The notes below the pieces were generated by a model. That model did not search any database, was not told the origin of the DNA, and was given only the letters and a program-made list of their open reading frames with translations. From positions 1 through 43,499 of the forward strand of contig NZ_JALUKE010000007.1 of the NCBI RefSeq assembly GCF_027056685.1: DNA of 43,499 nt, read 5' to 3'. This DNA comes from Sulfurimonas sp. Its GTDB lineage: Bacteria > Campylobacterota > Campylobacteria > Campylobacterales > Sulfurimonadaceae. The first letter of the stretch is position 1. Every line of letters begins with the position of its first letter. The translations under genes were made by a program, and so were the position numbers. Shown here one piece after another: positions 10,408-19,591 of this stretch.

Positions 10408-11352
10408 TGCCAAAAGTTCATCAACATACGCAATGGCACTAATAGCAGCAACGGCACCATCACCTGCGGCACTGACCACTTGCTTTGGAGCTTGAATACG
10501 CATATCGCCTGCAGCAAAGAGACCAGCAGTTGATGTTTTCATACTTAAATCAACTATGACTTGTCCCTGCTCATTCATATCGCATAAAAAAGTTCCATTC
10601 TCTTGTATAAGAGTTTGATGGTTTACATCATTTCCTACAAAAGTAAAAACACCAGGAACGACTATATCTCTGAGCTCACCATCTTTAGATTTTACTTTTA
10701 TGCCATTTACACCGCTTGCATCACCATAGACTTCATCAGGGACTGCGTTTAGTACGAGTTCTATTTTTTCGTTCTCTTCTACTCGTTTTACTGTATTTGG
10801 TGCAGCACGAAAAGTATCGCGTCTGTGGATAAGATAGACTTTAGAACATATTTTTGCAAGATAGAGTGCCTCTTCAAGAGCAGTATCTCCCCCACCGATG
10901 ACAGCAACCTCTTTACCTTTGTAGAAAAAGCCATCACAAGTGGCACAAGTACTTACACCTTTGCCGAAAAACTCCTCTTCACCCTTAAATCCTGCGCGAC
11001 GAGGAGAAGAACCAGTACAAACGATGACACTATGAGCCTCTACTACAGAATCATCAGATTTTATGACTTGAAAAACATTACCATTTTTGGTGATTTGTTT
11101 GACTTCGGACATATCATGTTTGAGACCAAACTTTTGGCACTGCTCGGGCCATGGCATCATCAAATCCATCCCTGTAATCTCACCTGTAACACCAGGGTAG
11201 TTCTCAATCTCAGAACTTTGAGTTATTTGACCGCCAGGCATCCCTTTCTCAAACATTGTGACATTTTCAAGTCCGCCACGCGTAGCATAAAGTCCTGCTG
11301 TAAGTCCTGCAGGTCCACCACCAACAATTGCACAATCTAAAATATTACTCAT
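10405..11352 (-). CDS. trxB: Thioredoxin-disulfide reductase
   Basis: [21 protein letters not shown] redox centre, [19 protein letters not shown]. Confidence 0.97.
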   Translation of the reverse strand: MSNILDCAIVGGGPAGLTAGLYATRGGLENVTMFEKGMPGGQITQSSEIENYPGVTGEITGMDLMMPWPEQCQKFGLKHDMSEVKQITKNGNVFQVIKSDDSVVEAHSVIVCTGSSPRRAGFKGEEEFFGKGVSTCATCDGFFYKGKEVAVIGGGDTALEEALYLAKICSKVYLIHRRDTFRAAPNTVKRVEENEKIELVLNAVPDEVYGDASGVNGIKVKSKDGELRDIVVPGVFTFVGNDVNHQTLIQENGTFLCDMNEQGQVIVDLSMKTSTAGLFAAGDMRIQAPKQVVSAAGDGAVAAISAIAYVDELLA

Positions 11353-11376
11353 AATCCATCCACCTCTTTACTTAAT

Positions 11377-11537
11377 TCTTTTAAATTATCTAATTTCCTT
11401 ATCATTATAATTTTGCCCGTAAAGGAGCAAGCTCCTCTACTCCGCTTGGACCGCTGAGGTCACTAAAGTTTTTATAAAAATTATAATGATGATACTTTTT
11501 TAGATAACTCTTTTAAATTATCTAATTTCCTTATCAT
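11377..11537. repeat. 29-bp direct repeat (11377-11405, 11509-11537) plus a 14-bp inverted repeat (11401-11414, 11477-11490) bounding a GC-rich palindromic insert
   Basis: TCTTTTAAATTATCTAATTTCCTTATCAT occurs twice; ATCATTATAATTTT/AAAATTATAATGAT inverted pair; internal GGAGC-AA-GCTCC and GACC-GCTGA-GGTC hairpins. Confidence 0.85.
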
Positions 11538-11969
11538 ACTATCTTGTTTATAAAGAGTATCTTTGATTTTTTTTATAAAGAAGATGGATGGGACGCTATA
11601 GATATTAAATCGTTGTATAAACTTTAAAGATGTTGTTGTTCCAGCGCGTAAAAAAGTTGTATATTTACTGTTTTTATAGGCTTGATTGTAGTAATCAATG
11701 GCGATAATAGGAAGATTGAGATTGAGTTTTGCAAGCTCTTTTTGACTCTCTCTATTTCTTGATGAGTAAAATACAACAATATACTTTTCTGCTTTAGGCA
11801 TAAAAATATCACTTTTTTCATAAAAAACAAAATCTTTAAAATTTATAAATTTATATTCAGAAAATTTGTAGTTGAAGTAGGCAAAGGCACCAGCTATCAT
11901 GGCAGCACCGAAGAATGAGGCTAAAATAGTGGAGAGAGAAAAAAAACTTTTCGTTCTTTTTCTAGCCAC
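11481..11969 (-). CDS. Membrane-anchored hypothetical protein, possible cysteine-less thioredoxin fold
   Basis: N-terminal TM; YIVVFYSS and RFNIYSVPSIFFI resemble thioredoxin beta2 and cis-Pro segments; lies between trxA and trxB. Confidence 0.6.
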   Translation of the reverse strand: MARKRTKSFFSLSTILASFFGAAMIAGAFAYFNYKFSEYKFINFKDFVFYEKSDIFMPKAEKYIVVFYSSRNRESQKELAKLNLNLPIIAIDYYNQAYKNSKYTTFLRAGTTTSLKFIQRFNIYSVPSIFFIKKIKDTLYKQDSMIRKLDNLKELSKKVSSL

Positions 11970-11986
11970 TTTGGTCTCTTTTAAAA

Positions 11987-12307
11987 TTATGCTAAAAGAG
12001 CGTCAATTTTATCAGCAAGAGCTTGTTTTGATTGTGCTCCAACGATTTGATCTACTAGTTCACCATTTTTGAAGAACATAATAGTAGGGATTGAACGAAT
12101 ACCAAATTTAACAGCAATTTCTTGCTCTTCATCTGTATTTACTTTACAAATATTTGCTTTTCCATCGTAATCTTCTGCTAATTCTTCAACAACAGGAGCA
12201 ATCATACGACATGGTCCACACCATGGAGCCCAAAAGTCAACAAGAGATACACCCTCTGCTAAAGTCGCTTCAAAATTTGCACCAGTTAATTCTATATATT
12301 TACCCAT
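11987..12307 (-). CDS. trxA: Thioredoxin
   Basis: DFWAPWCGPC, FGIRSIPT; real start probably ATG 12307 (AAGGA upstream), not the TTG of the ORF track. Confidence 0.97.
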   Translation of the reverse strand: MGKYIELTGANFEATLAEGVSLVDFWAPWCGPCRMIAPVVEELAEDYDGKANICKVNTDEEQEIAVKFGIRSIPTIMFFKNGELVDQIVGAQSKQALADKIDALLA

Positions 12308-12343
12308 TAGTAAATCCTTTTTTTTATTGTTTGATATAAAAGT

Positions 12344-12349
12344 ATTATA
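12344..12349 (-). promoter_or_regulatory. Putative sigma70 -10 box for trxA operon
   Basis: Perfect TATAAT on minus strand about 37 nt upstream of trxA ATG. Confidence 0.5.
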
Positions 12350-12399
12350 CAAGTGCTATCATTAATTAAAACTTTAAATTTGTTCATAGTAATTATTTG

Positions 12400-12405
12400 T
12401 ATAAT
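12400..12405 (+). promoter_or_regulatory. Putative sigma70 -10 box for globin gene
   Basis: TATAAT followed by AAGGA SD and ATG 12438. Confidence 0.5.
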
Positions 12406-12437
12406 TCGAGCAAAATTGTTACAAGGAATGTAGAGAT

Positions 12438-12881
12438 ATGAAACTTATAATAAGTGATGGTGTAATAGATGTTCGTCCATCCATAGCGAAACCACATCCT
12501 GGATTTTTTCATGAAGTAGGTGAAAAGCGTTTTAGAAAACTTGTGTTTGACCATTATGAGTCCATAAAAACAAGTGATATTGCCTTTTTATTTCCTATAT
12601 TTGATGATGAAGACTTTGCTGAAGCTCAAAAACATGCAGCTGATTTTCTTATAGAAATATCAGGTGGACCTGATTTTTTTACACAAAGTAGGGGTGAACA
12701 TCAAATGGTAGGGCGTCATGCTCCTTTTCGTATTGATGAGCAGAGTAGAAAAGTGTGGCTGGAACTCTACATACCACTTTTAGAAGCACTCGAAGCAGAG
12801 GGCATAAACCCTCAATATATAGAATCGTTTTGGAATTATTTAGATATTTTTTCGATGTGGGTGGTCAATACAAAGAGCTAA
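12438..12881 (+). CDS. Truncated (2/2) hemoglobin-like globin
   Basis: VGE..FRKLV..HY, FL....GGP..F...RG...M..RH.PF.I.....W pattern of truncated globins. Confidence 0.8.
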   Translation: MKLIISDGVIDVRPSIAKPHPGFFHEVGEKRFRKLVFDHYESIKTSDIAFLFPIFDDEDFAEAQKHAADFLIEISGGPDFFTQSRGEHQMVGRHAPFRIDEQSRKVWLELYIPLLEALEAEGINPQYIESFWNYLDIFSMWVVNTKS

Positions 12882-12893
12882 AGTTCTAAAAAG

Positions 12894-13673
12894 CTACAGC
12901 TCTAAGAATTTGCGCTCCCTGTTTTGAAAGTAGGCACATTTGGTATAGCCTATCTCTCGTGCGAGTTGTATTACTTCATCATTGCAAAGTCCAACCTGTT
13001 CAGGTTTATGTGCATCTGAAGAGAAAGTGATGGGAATGTCAAGCTTGAAAGCCTCCTCTAGCAACTCTTTTGAAGGATAGGCTTCTGCTACTGGTTTTCT
13101 GTAACCTGCTACATTTATTTCTAAAACCATATCTGCCTTTTTGATGGCAAGCAGGGCATTTTTTGCTATGATTTTTATATCTTTGTTTGGCATAAATTTA
13201 AAGACCTTGATGAGGTCAAGATGACCGACAATGTCAAAAAGTCCGCTTTTTGCCATTGCTTCGATGGTATCAAAGTATTTCTGCCATATTTCATCTATGT
13301 CTTCACTCTCATATCTGCCAATAAACTCAGGATTATCAAAGCCCCAGCCATCAATGAAATGCACAGATCCTATAAGATAATCAACCGCTGCGTTTAGAAC
13401 GCGTTTATCCATATGCCCTTTGAGGTAGTCCACTTCGTATCCGAGCAGAATTGTGATTTTATCTTTATAGTGTTCTTGTGCAAGGCGTACATTTTTTTCA
13501 TACTCCTGCATATCTTTAAACTCCATGCGATACTCAGGATCAAAATCCATAGGTGCATGGTCAGAAAAACCAAAAATTTTTGTTCCTTTTTGTATAGCTG
13601 CGTTTATATATTCATCTATACTGCCCTCAGCATGGTTACATAATGGTGTGTGGTTGTGTAAGTCTACTATCAT
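12894..13673 (-). CDS. hisJ: Histidinol-phosphatase, HisJ/PHP family
   Basis: DLHNHT.LC.HA, SDHAP, GSVH, GHLDL, SSDAH PHP motifs. Confidence 0.85.
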   Translation of the reverse strand: MIVDLHNHTPLCNHAEGSIDEYINAAIQKGTKIFGFSDHAPMDFDPEYRMEFKDMQEYEKNVRLAQEHYKDKITILLGYEVDYLKGHMDKRVLNAAVDYLIGSVHFIDGWGFDNPEFIGRYESEDIDEIWQKYFDTIEAMAKSGLFDIVGHLDLIKVFKFMPNKDIKIIAKNALLAIKKADMVLEINVAGYRKPVAEAYPSKELLEEAFKLDIPITFSSDAHKPEQVGLCNDEVIQLAREIGYTKCAYFQNRERKFLEL

Positions 13674-13746
13674 GTTTTTCTCTCATTTTATATATTTTGT
13701 GCTATTATAGTGCTAATTAATTAATTATTCAATTTGGAGCAGGTTT

Positions 13747-14451
13747 ATGACTCAAGAAGAACTAGATGCATTGATGAGTGGTGGCATTGATATGGATGAT
13801 GATGTCTCAGAAAATGAAGAGACTCAAAGTGATGAAAATGTTGAAGATGTCGCAGAGGCAGTAGAGAGTGAGGCTGAAGATGATGCAGATACTTTAGCTG
13901 CAAGTATTGAAGCAGCGGAGCTTCCTTTGCCTGCTACAGATGAAAATAAAATGGTGCACCAACTTGATGATGTAACAAAAGAGAGTGAAGAAAAAGCAAG
14001 TGAAATCTTTGATATTATTGATGACATTAGCAATGACTTAATGGAAAAAGAGGAGACTCTTAATGATATTCTTAAGGCTTTGAATGCTAATGTTGATCTT
14101 TTTGGAACATTAACTACAAAATTTCCAGATATTGAAACTTTTAAAACACAGTTAGCTATAAATGAAGATGCTGTTGAAAAAACAAATGAAGTTATTGAAA
14201 CACTACAAAATAGTGGTGATGCTATTATGAGTGTTATGGATATTATGCAGTACCAAGATATTCACAGACAAAAAATTGAACGAGTTGTAAATGTTATGCG
14301 TTCACTCTCTCGCTATATGAGTACTCTTTTTGAGGGTAAAATAGATGATGAAAAACGCGTCTCTTCTGCAAAACATATTGAAGGTGATACTGGTACAGAT
14401 GTGGCATCAACTGATGATATAGAAGCTTTACTTGAGCAATTTGGACAGTAA
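13747..14451 (+). CDS. cheZ: Chemotaxis phosphatase CheZ, Campylobacterota type
   Basis: MTQEELDALM N-terminus, QYQDIHRQKIERV (DxxxQ) motif, C-terminal DDIEALL peptide; precedes the U32 gene as in H. pylori and C. jejuni. Confidence 0.85.
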   Translation: MTQEELDALMSGGIDMDDDVSENEETQSDENVEDVAEAVESEAEDDADTLAASIEAAELPLPATDENKMVHQLDDVTKESEEKASEIFDIIDDISNDLMEKEETLNDILKALNANVDLFGTLTTKFPDIETFKTQLAINEDAVEKTNEVIETLQNSGDAIMSVMDIMQYQDIHRQKIERVVNVMRSLSRYMSTLFEGKIDDEKRVSSAKHIEGDTGTDVASTDDIEALLEQFGQ

Positions 14452-15743
14452 TGAAAAAAGTAGAACTATTATCTCCTGCGGGAACTTTAGAAAAATTAAA
14501 AATTGCACTTGATTTTGGTGCAGATGCTGTTTATGGAGGTGTGAGTCATTTCTCCTTGCGTATTCGTTCTGGAAAAGAGTTTACATTTGAAGATTTTGAA
14601 GCGGGCATAAAATATGCACATGAGAGAGGAAAAAAAGTCTATGCCACCATAAATGGCTTTCCTTTTAACTCACAGCTTAATCTTTTAAAAAAACATATAA
14701 TTAAAATGGCAGAGCTAAAGCCTGATGCGTTCATCGTTGCAACTCCAGGTGTTTTAAAACTTTGTCATGACTTAGCACCAGATATGCCTTTGCATCTCTC
14801 AACACAGGCAAATGTTATGAATGTGCTTGATGCTCAAATCTATGCAGATATGGGTGCTACTCGTATTATTACAGCTCGTGAGATTTCACTTCGAGATTTA
14901 AAAGAGATAAAAAAAGAGTTACCTGAGCTTGAGTTAGAAGTTTTTGTGCATGGTTCTATGTGTTTTGCATATAGTGGACGATGCCTTATCTCTACCTTGC
15001 AGAGTGGTCGTGTGCCAAATCGTGGGAGTTGTGCAAATGATTGTCGTTTTCCTTATGAAATGTATGCTGCAAACCCTGAAACAGGAACACTCTTTAAACT
15101 TGAAGAGGAAGAGGGTGTTGGTACTTACATTATGAATTCAAAAGATTTGAACCTTGCTTCGCACATAAAAGAGATTTTAGATTCTGGTGCAGTAGATTCA
15201 GTGAAGATTGAGGGACGAACAAAGACAGCTTATTATGCTGCTACAACTGCAAAAGCATATAGAATGGCTATTGATGATTATTATGCAGACAAAGTAGATA
15301 GTGAGCGTTACCAGTATGAACTTCAATCTTTGCAAAACCGTGGCTATACAGATGCGTATCTGATTTCACGACCTTTTGAAAAGCATGATACCCAGTCTCT
15401 TGATTTTACAATGCAACTTGGAACACATCAAGTAAGTGGTGTAGTAAACGCAGCGGGTACACACTTCTTGTGTAAGTATAAAACGCTTCCAAATGATGAA
15501 ATGGAGGTTGTTTTTCCTCTTGGCTCAGAAGTTGCAATAGTAGATAATGAGATAGGTTCTACTTATGAGAGAGATGGGAAGTTCTTTGTAAAACTTAAAC
15601 AGCTAAAAGCAGAAAATGGAAAAATTTGGGATGAGGTGCATAGTGGGAATGTAAATCCAATAGAACTGCCAACAAAATTTCCATCATATACATTCTTTAG
15701 GATTCCTGCACATCCAGATATGAATACAGCTCCAAAAAAATAG
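14451..15743 (+). CDS. Peptidase U32 family Fe-S protein (TrhP/YegQ-like tRNA hydroxylase)
   Basis: ELLSPAG, GADAVYGG, HLSTQAN, FVHGSMCFAYSGRC...NRGSC...CR, KIEGR. Confidence 0.9.
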   Translation: MKKVELLSPAGTLEKLKIALDFGADAVYGGVSHFSLRIRSGKEFTFEDFEAGIKYAHERGKKVYATINGFPFNSQLNLLKKHIIKMAELKPDAFIVATPGVLKLCHDLAPDMPLHLSTQANVMNVLDAQIYADMGATRIITAREISLRDLKEIKKELPELELEVFVHGSMCFAYSGRCLISTLQSGRVPNRGSCANDCRFPYEMYAANPETGTLFKLEEEEGVGTYIMNSKDLNLASHIKEILDSGAVDSVKIEGRTKTAYYAATTAKAYRMAIDDYYADKVDSERYQYELQSLQNRGYTDAYLISRPFEKHDTQSLDFTMQLGTHQVSGVVNAAGTHFLCKYKTLPNDEMEVVFPLGSEVAIVDNEIGSTYERDGKFFVKLKQLKAENGKIWDEVHSGNVNPIELPTKFPSYTFFRIPAHPDMNTAPKK

Positions 15744-15772
15744 AATAATTTAAGAAAAAAAGGGTAAAAAAT

Positions 15773-16270
15773 ATGAAATTTGTTTCAATTATTATAGGTT
15801 CAAAAAGTGACTATGAAGTGATGAAATCATGCTCAGATACATTTGAGGCGTTTGGTGTAAGTTATGAGTTGATTATCTCCTCTGCACATCGCTCTCCTGA
15901 GAGAACAAAAGAGTACATCGCTGAGGCTGAGAGAAAGGGTGCACAGGTTTTTATAGCTGCAGCTGGAATGGCAGCGCATTTAGCAGGTGTTTTATCTTCA
16001 AAAACTATTAAGCCTATCATTGGTGTTCCTATGTCTGCCTCGGCTCTTAGCGGTATAGATGCTCTGCTCTCAACCGTTCAAATGCCAGCTGGAATGCCTG
16101 TTGCTACTGTTGCCATAGGAAAAGCGGGTGCAATTAATTCAGCCTATTTGGCAATGCAAATTTTAGCGCTTGACAATGAAGAGCTTAGTGTAAAACTTCA
16201 AGAAGACAGAATAGCAAAAGCGAAAAAAGTTGAGATGGATTCACTAGAGATTGAGACAATAATAAAATAG
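15773..16270 (+). CDS. purE: N5-carboxyaminoimidazole ribonucleotide mutase
   Basis: GSKSD, SAHRSP, AAAGMAAHL, STVQMP.G.PVATV. Confidence 0.97.
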   Translation: MKFVSIIIGSKSDYEVMKSCSDTFEAFGVSYELIISSAHRSPERTKEYIAEAERKGAQVFIAAAGMAAHLAGVLSSKTIKPIIGVPMSASALSGIDALLSTVQMPAGMPVATVAIGKAGAINSAYLAMQILALDNEELSVKLQEDRIAKAKKVEMDSLEIETIIK

Positions 16271-16285
16271 TCATAGGGGCAGATA

Positions 16286-16759
16286 ATGACATGGATGAGT
16301 GATGATGAGTACTGCAAACTTACTGGGCTTGATATAAACGCAGTCAATGATTTAGTAGAGCGTGGTAAACTTACAGTAAAAACTGAAGATGGTGTGCGAT
16401 ACATTGACCCATCAAAAGGGGCTACTGAGGTTGTTGTTCCTGCAAAGCTCAAAGAACTAAGTGAAAAGAACACGCATGAGATGCTAGTACAGCCAGAGTT
16501 TGTTGAGAAAACCATTGGAACCATTATAAATCTACATGAAAAAGTGCTTGATGCAAAAGATGAAACGCTCGAAGCAGTACGCGTAGAGAATGAATTTTTG
16601 CGAGAAGCACTTGCCTCTTTACAAGAACTTTATGATGAAGATAGACAAACCATCCATACTCTGCAAGAACAGCTCAAACTCTCCCAACAAGAAGTAGAAT
16701 TTATGCGCCGTAAATATAAACTGATGTGGAACAAAGCCATAGAAGAGCATACCAACTAA
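16286..16759 (+). CDS. DUF3972-like protein (N-terminal HTH-like region plus coiled coil)
   Basis: FVEKTIGTIINLHEKVLDAKDETL...ENEFLREAL; conserved position after purE in Campylobacterota. Confidence 0.7.
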   Translation: MTWMSDDEYCKLTGLDINAVNDLVERGKLTVKTEDGVRYIDPSKGATEVVVPAKLKELSEKNTHEMLVQPEFVEKTIGTIINLHEKVLDAKDETLEAVRVENEFLREALASLQELYDEDRQTIHTLQEQLKLSQQEVEFMRRKYKLMWNKAIEEHTN

Positions 16760-17617
16760 ATGAAGATTCAAGATGCCTGTGTAGGTTGCATTATCAACCA
16801 AAGTGCAAGGGTGGCGGACGCCATTCATGCAGATGAAAAACTCCAAACGCAGCTTATCTCTACTGTTGAAGAGATGAGCAAATCTTTCTCCTTTTCACAA
16901 ACTCCTCCCCAAATTGCAGCCTATGTGTATGAAAAAATGGCTCTCATTGCAGGCAAAAGTGATTTGTATGATGAAGTAAAAGAACACTCAACACAAAAAG
17001 CACGCTCTTTTGTGCCACAACTCCATGAAGAACTTGCAAAAAGTGATGATAAACTCCTAACTGCTACAAAAATAGCAGTTGCAGGTAATGTTATAGACTT
17101 AGCTGCTGAGGTTGCGTTTGACCTTGAAGAGGAGCTCTGTAAAATCTTTAAAACAGAGTTTACGCATGATGATTTTGCACAGCTTAAATGCAGTCTTGAA
17201 GATGCAGAGACTGTTTTGGTCATTGGAGATAATGTTGGAGAGCATATTTTTGATTATGTGTTTATAGAGACATTGCAAAAGCTCTATCCAAACGCAGCGT
17301 TTTCTTATATGGTGCGTGGTGTGCCCATTATTAATGATGTGACAATGAAAGAGGCTAAAGAAGCAGGTTTTGACTCACTTTGTAACTTAGTAGATAGTGG
17401 TGTGAATACTCCAGGCTTTGATTATGCTCGTGCAAATGATGGAGCAAAAGGGTTGTATGATAGTGCAGATGTAGTTATCTCTAAAGGGATGGGGAATTTT
17501 GAATCGCTTTCTCCCACACATAGAGAAGAAGTCTATTTTTTATTAAAAGTAAAATGTAATGTGGTTGCTAACTTCTTGGGTGCTGAGGTTGGCGATATAA
17601 TTTGTAAGGTTGTGTAG
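16760..17617 (+). CDS. DUF89/ARMT1-like damage-control phosphatase
   Basis: CxxC start, AGNVID, DNVGE..FD, PIINDVT, SKGMGNFESL, LLKVKC. Confidence 0.9.
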   Translation: MKIQDACVGCIINQSARVADAIHADEKLQTQLISTVEEMSKSFSFSQTPPQIAAYVYEKMALIAGKSDLYDEVKEHSTQKARSFVPQLHEELAKSDDKLLTATKIAVAGNVIDLAAEVAFDLEEELCKIFKTEFTHDDFAQLKCSLEDAETVLVIGDNVGEHIFDYVFIETLQKLYPNAAFSYMVRGVPIINDVTMKEAKEAGFDSLCNLVDSGVNTPGFDYARANDGAKGLYDSADVVISKGMGNFESLSPTHREEVYFLLKVKCNVVANFLGAEVGDIICKVV

Positions 17618-17621
17618 GATT

Positions 17622-18419
17622 ATGAAGTTATTCTTGGTTTTGTTTGTTGTTTTTCTCTCTGTTGTTCAGGCAAAAGAGAATGATTTGTATTTTAATGCAG
17701 GTTTGATTGGTATGAGTATGGATTACCGAGAATATAATGACAATTCACAGATTCTTGATAGTGAAAAATCAGATTTTTCACAAATGATGGGAATAGAACT
17801 TGGTCTGAGTTATGTTCTAAACGCAGCGGATGATGACTTCTCCCAGTTTGATGTTGCGTTTGAGAGAATAGTAGGAAAAACTGATTATGTCGGTGCATAT
17901 CTTGATTCAGGGAAAGGATATGGAAGTTTACAAGGAAAAACACTCAACACAATTGTAAATTTTGATGTAGATTATCTTTATGGGCTTGGCATAAGCGAAC
18001 GATTGCATCTTTTGGTAGGAGCTGCGTTTGGGTACAGAACATGGGAGCGCAGCCTCTCTTCAAATCAGGTAGAGACTTATATGTGGGCATATACAGCGCC
18101 AAAACTAGGTCTACAGTATGTACAAAAACTACTAAAAATCACTCTTATGCTGGGATACAAATATGGAATTTCTCCGAAGATGAGTGCAACGGGAATTAAT
18201 GATACTTTTAAACTAGGCTCGGCAAATACGCTTGCGACTTCATTGAAAGCAAACTACGCCATAACACCAAAAACTACTGTTTATGCAGTGTATGTGTATG
18301 AAAACCAAGAGATAGAAAAATCTAATGTACTCTTTGGCAGTGATGGCAAAGGATACTTTGAACCAACCAGCACAGCAAACAACCAATATATTAAGTTCGG
18401 CTTTGCGTTTAAATACTAA
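17622..18419 (+). CDS. Outer-membrane beta-barrel protein
   Basis: Sec signal peptide (VQA/KE), alternating amphipathic strands, C-terminal FGFAFKY beta-signal. Confidence 0.75.
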   Translation: MKLFLVLFVVFLSVVQAKENDLYFNAGLIGMSMDYREYNDNSQILDSEKSDFSQMMGIELGLSYVLNAADDDFSQFDVAFERIVGKTDYVGAYLDSGKGYGSLQGKTLNTIVNFDVDYLYGLGISERLHLLVGAAFGYRTWERSLSSNQVETYMWAYTAPKLGLQYVQKLLKITLMLGYKYGISPKMSATGINDTFKLGSANTLATSLKANYAITPKTTVYAVYVYENQEIEKSNVLFGSDGKGYFEPTSTANNQYIKFGFAFKY

Positions 18420-18468
18420 AAAAGTCTCTTTGGATATAATGGCAAAATAATTTTATAAGAGAGAAAAA

Positions 18469-19353
18469 ATGATAACTTTTAGCGAAATGTTACTAAAACT
18501 ACAAGAATTTTGGATGAAACAGGGGTGTAATATTGTACAGCCTTACGATATTCCAGCGGGTGCTGGGACATTTCACCCTGCTACTTTTCTTCGTTCACTT
18601 GACTCGACTTCATGGGCAGCAGCCTATGTTGCACCATCTCGTCGTCCGACTGATGGAAGATATGGAGAGAATCCGAACAGACTTGGTTCGTATTACCAAT
18701 TTCAGGCTATTATCAAACCATCTCCAGACAATATTCAAGAGCTTTATCTGCAATCTTTAGAGTATTTAGGGCTTGATGTAAGTAAACATGACATTCGTTT
18801 TATTGAAGATAACTGGGAGTCTCCTACACTTGGTGCTTGGGGACTTGGCTGGGAAGTTTGGCTTAATGGTATGGAAGTAACACAGTTTACTTATTTTCAA
18901 CAAGTTGGTGGTATAGAGTGCAAGCCAGTAACTGCTGAAATTACTTACGGTACAGAGCGTCTGGCAATGTATCTACAAGGTGTCGATACTGTATTTGACA
19001 TTGTTTGGAATGTGGATGCAAACGGGAAGAAAACACTCTACAAAGATGTGCATAAAGAGAGTGAAATAGAGTTTTCACACTATAATTTTGAAATAGCAGA
19101 TACAGAGATGCTTTTTGCTGATTTTGCCGCAAAAAGTGATGAGTGTTTACGAACACTAGAAGCTGGGTATCCTTTGCCTGCTTATGATTTATGTATGCTT
19201 GCTTCAAATACTTTTAATGTTCTTGATGCAAGAAAAGCCATTTCACAAACTGAAAGACAAAACTACATCTTAAAAATTCGTGAACTCTCACGCGGATGTG
19301 CAGAACTCTACAAAGCACAGGAAGAAGAGCGTAACAAGCGTGTAAACGCATAA
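18469..19353 (+). CDS. glyQ: Glycine--tRNA ligase alpha subunit
   Basis: [49 protein letters not shown]. Confidence 0.98.
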   Translation: MITFSEMLLKLQEFWMKQGCNIVQPYDIPAGAGTFHPATFLRSLDSTSWAAAYVAPSRRPTDGRYGENPNRLGSYYQFQAIIKPSPDNIQELYLQSLEYLGLDVSKHDIRFIEDNWESPTLGAWGLGWEVWLNGMEVTQFTYFQQVGGIECKPVTAEITYGTERLAMYLQGVDTVFDIVWNVDANGKKTLYKDVHKESEIEFSHYNFEIADTEMLFADFAAKSDECLRTLEAGYPLPAYDLCMLASNTFNVLDARKAISQTERQNYILKIRELSRGCAELYKAQEEERNKRVNA

Positions 19354-19398
19354 ATATTTCAATCTGTCATATTTTTAAAATGTTTTTTGATTTTTTTC

Positions 19399-19404
19399 TA
19401 TAAT
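19399..19404 (+). promoter_or_regulatory. Putative -10 box of the small-peptide cassette
   Basis: TATAAT after a T-rich tract, just upstream of the 9-bp hairpin at 19413-19434. Confidence 0.55.
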
Positions 19405-19459
19405 GTTGATGTTCTTGCCGATTACTCGGCAAGACAAATCTGCTTTTTGGAGGTCAAAG

Positions 19460-19537
19460 ATGAAATATCTTGACACAATCCTGAAAGTTCTAACTATCAT
19501 TTATATGATAATTAAGATTTTTCAGGCAGTAAATTAG
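19460..19537 (+). CDS. 25-aa hydrophobic peptide MKYLDTILKVLTIIYMIIKIFQAVN, candidate type I toxin
   Basis: GGAGG SD at 19449-19453; single hydrophobic helix; too short for the ORF track. Confidence 0.6.
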   Translation: MKYLDTILKVLTIIYMIIKIFQAVN

Positions 19538-19557
19538 AGGGTCGCACCCCTCTAATT
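19532..19557. terminator. 10-bp stem-loop (terminator or structural hairpin)
   Basis: AATTAGAGGG-tcgcac-CCCTCTAATT; no long U tract. Confidence 0.45.
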
Positions 19558-19568
19558 CCTTAAAGCAG

Positions 19569-19577
19569 ATTATATCA
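19569..19577 (-). promoter_or_regulatory. Antisense extended -10 promoter (TGaTATAAT), candidate antitoxin RNA promoter
   Basis: Minus strand reads TGATATAAT, pointing back over the 25-aa ORF. Confidence 0.5.
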
Positions 19578-19591
19578 TAAAAAGGAAAATT

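Noticed and set aside
11377-11537. 29-bp direct repeat as a minimal CRISPR array
   Set aside because: Only two copies, a 103-nt gap, one copy inside a CDS, and no cas genes
12308-12352. N-terminal extension of TrxA in the ORF track
   Set aside because: The extension spans the -10 box and SD; ATG 12307 gives a normal 106-aa thioredoxin
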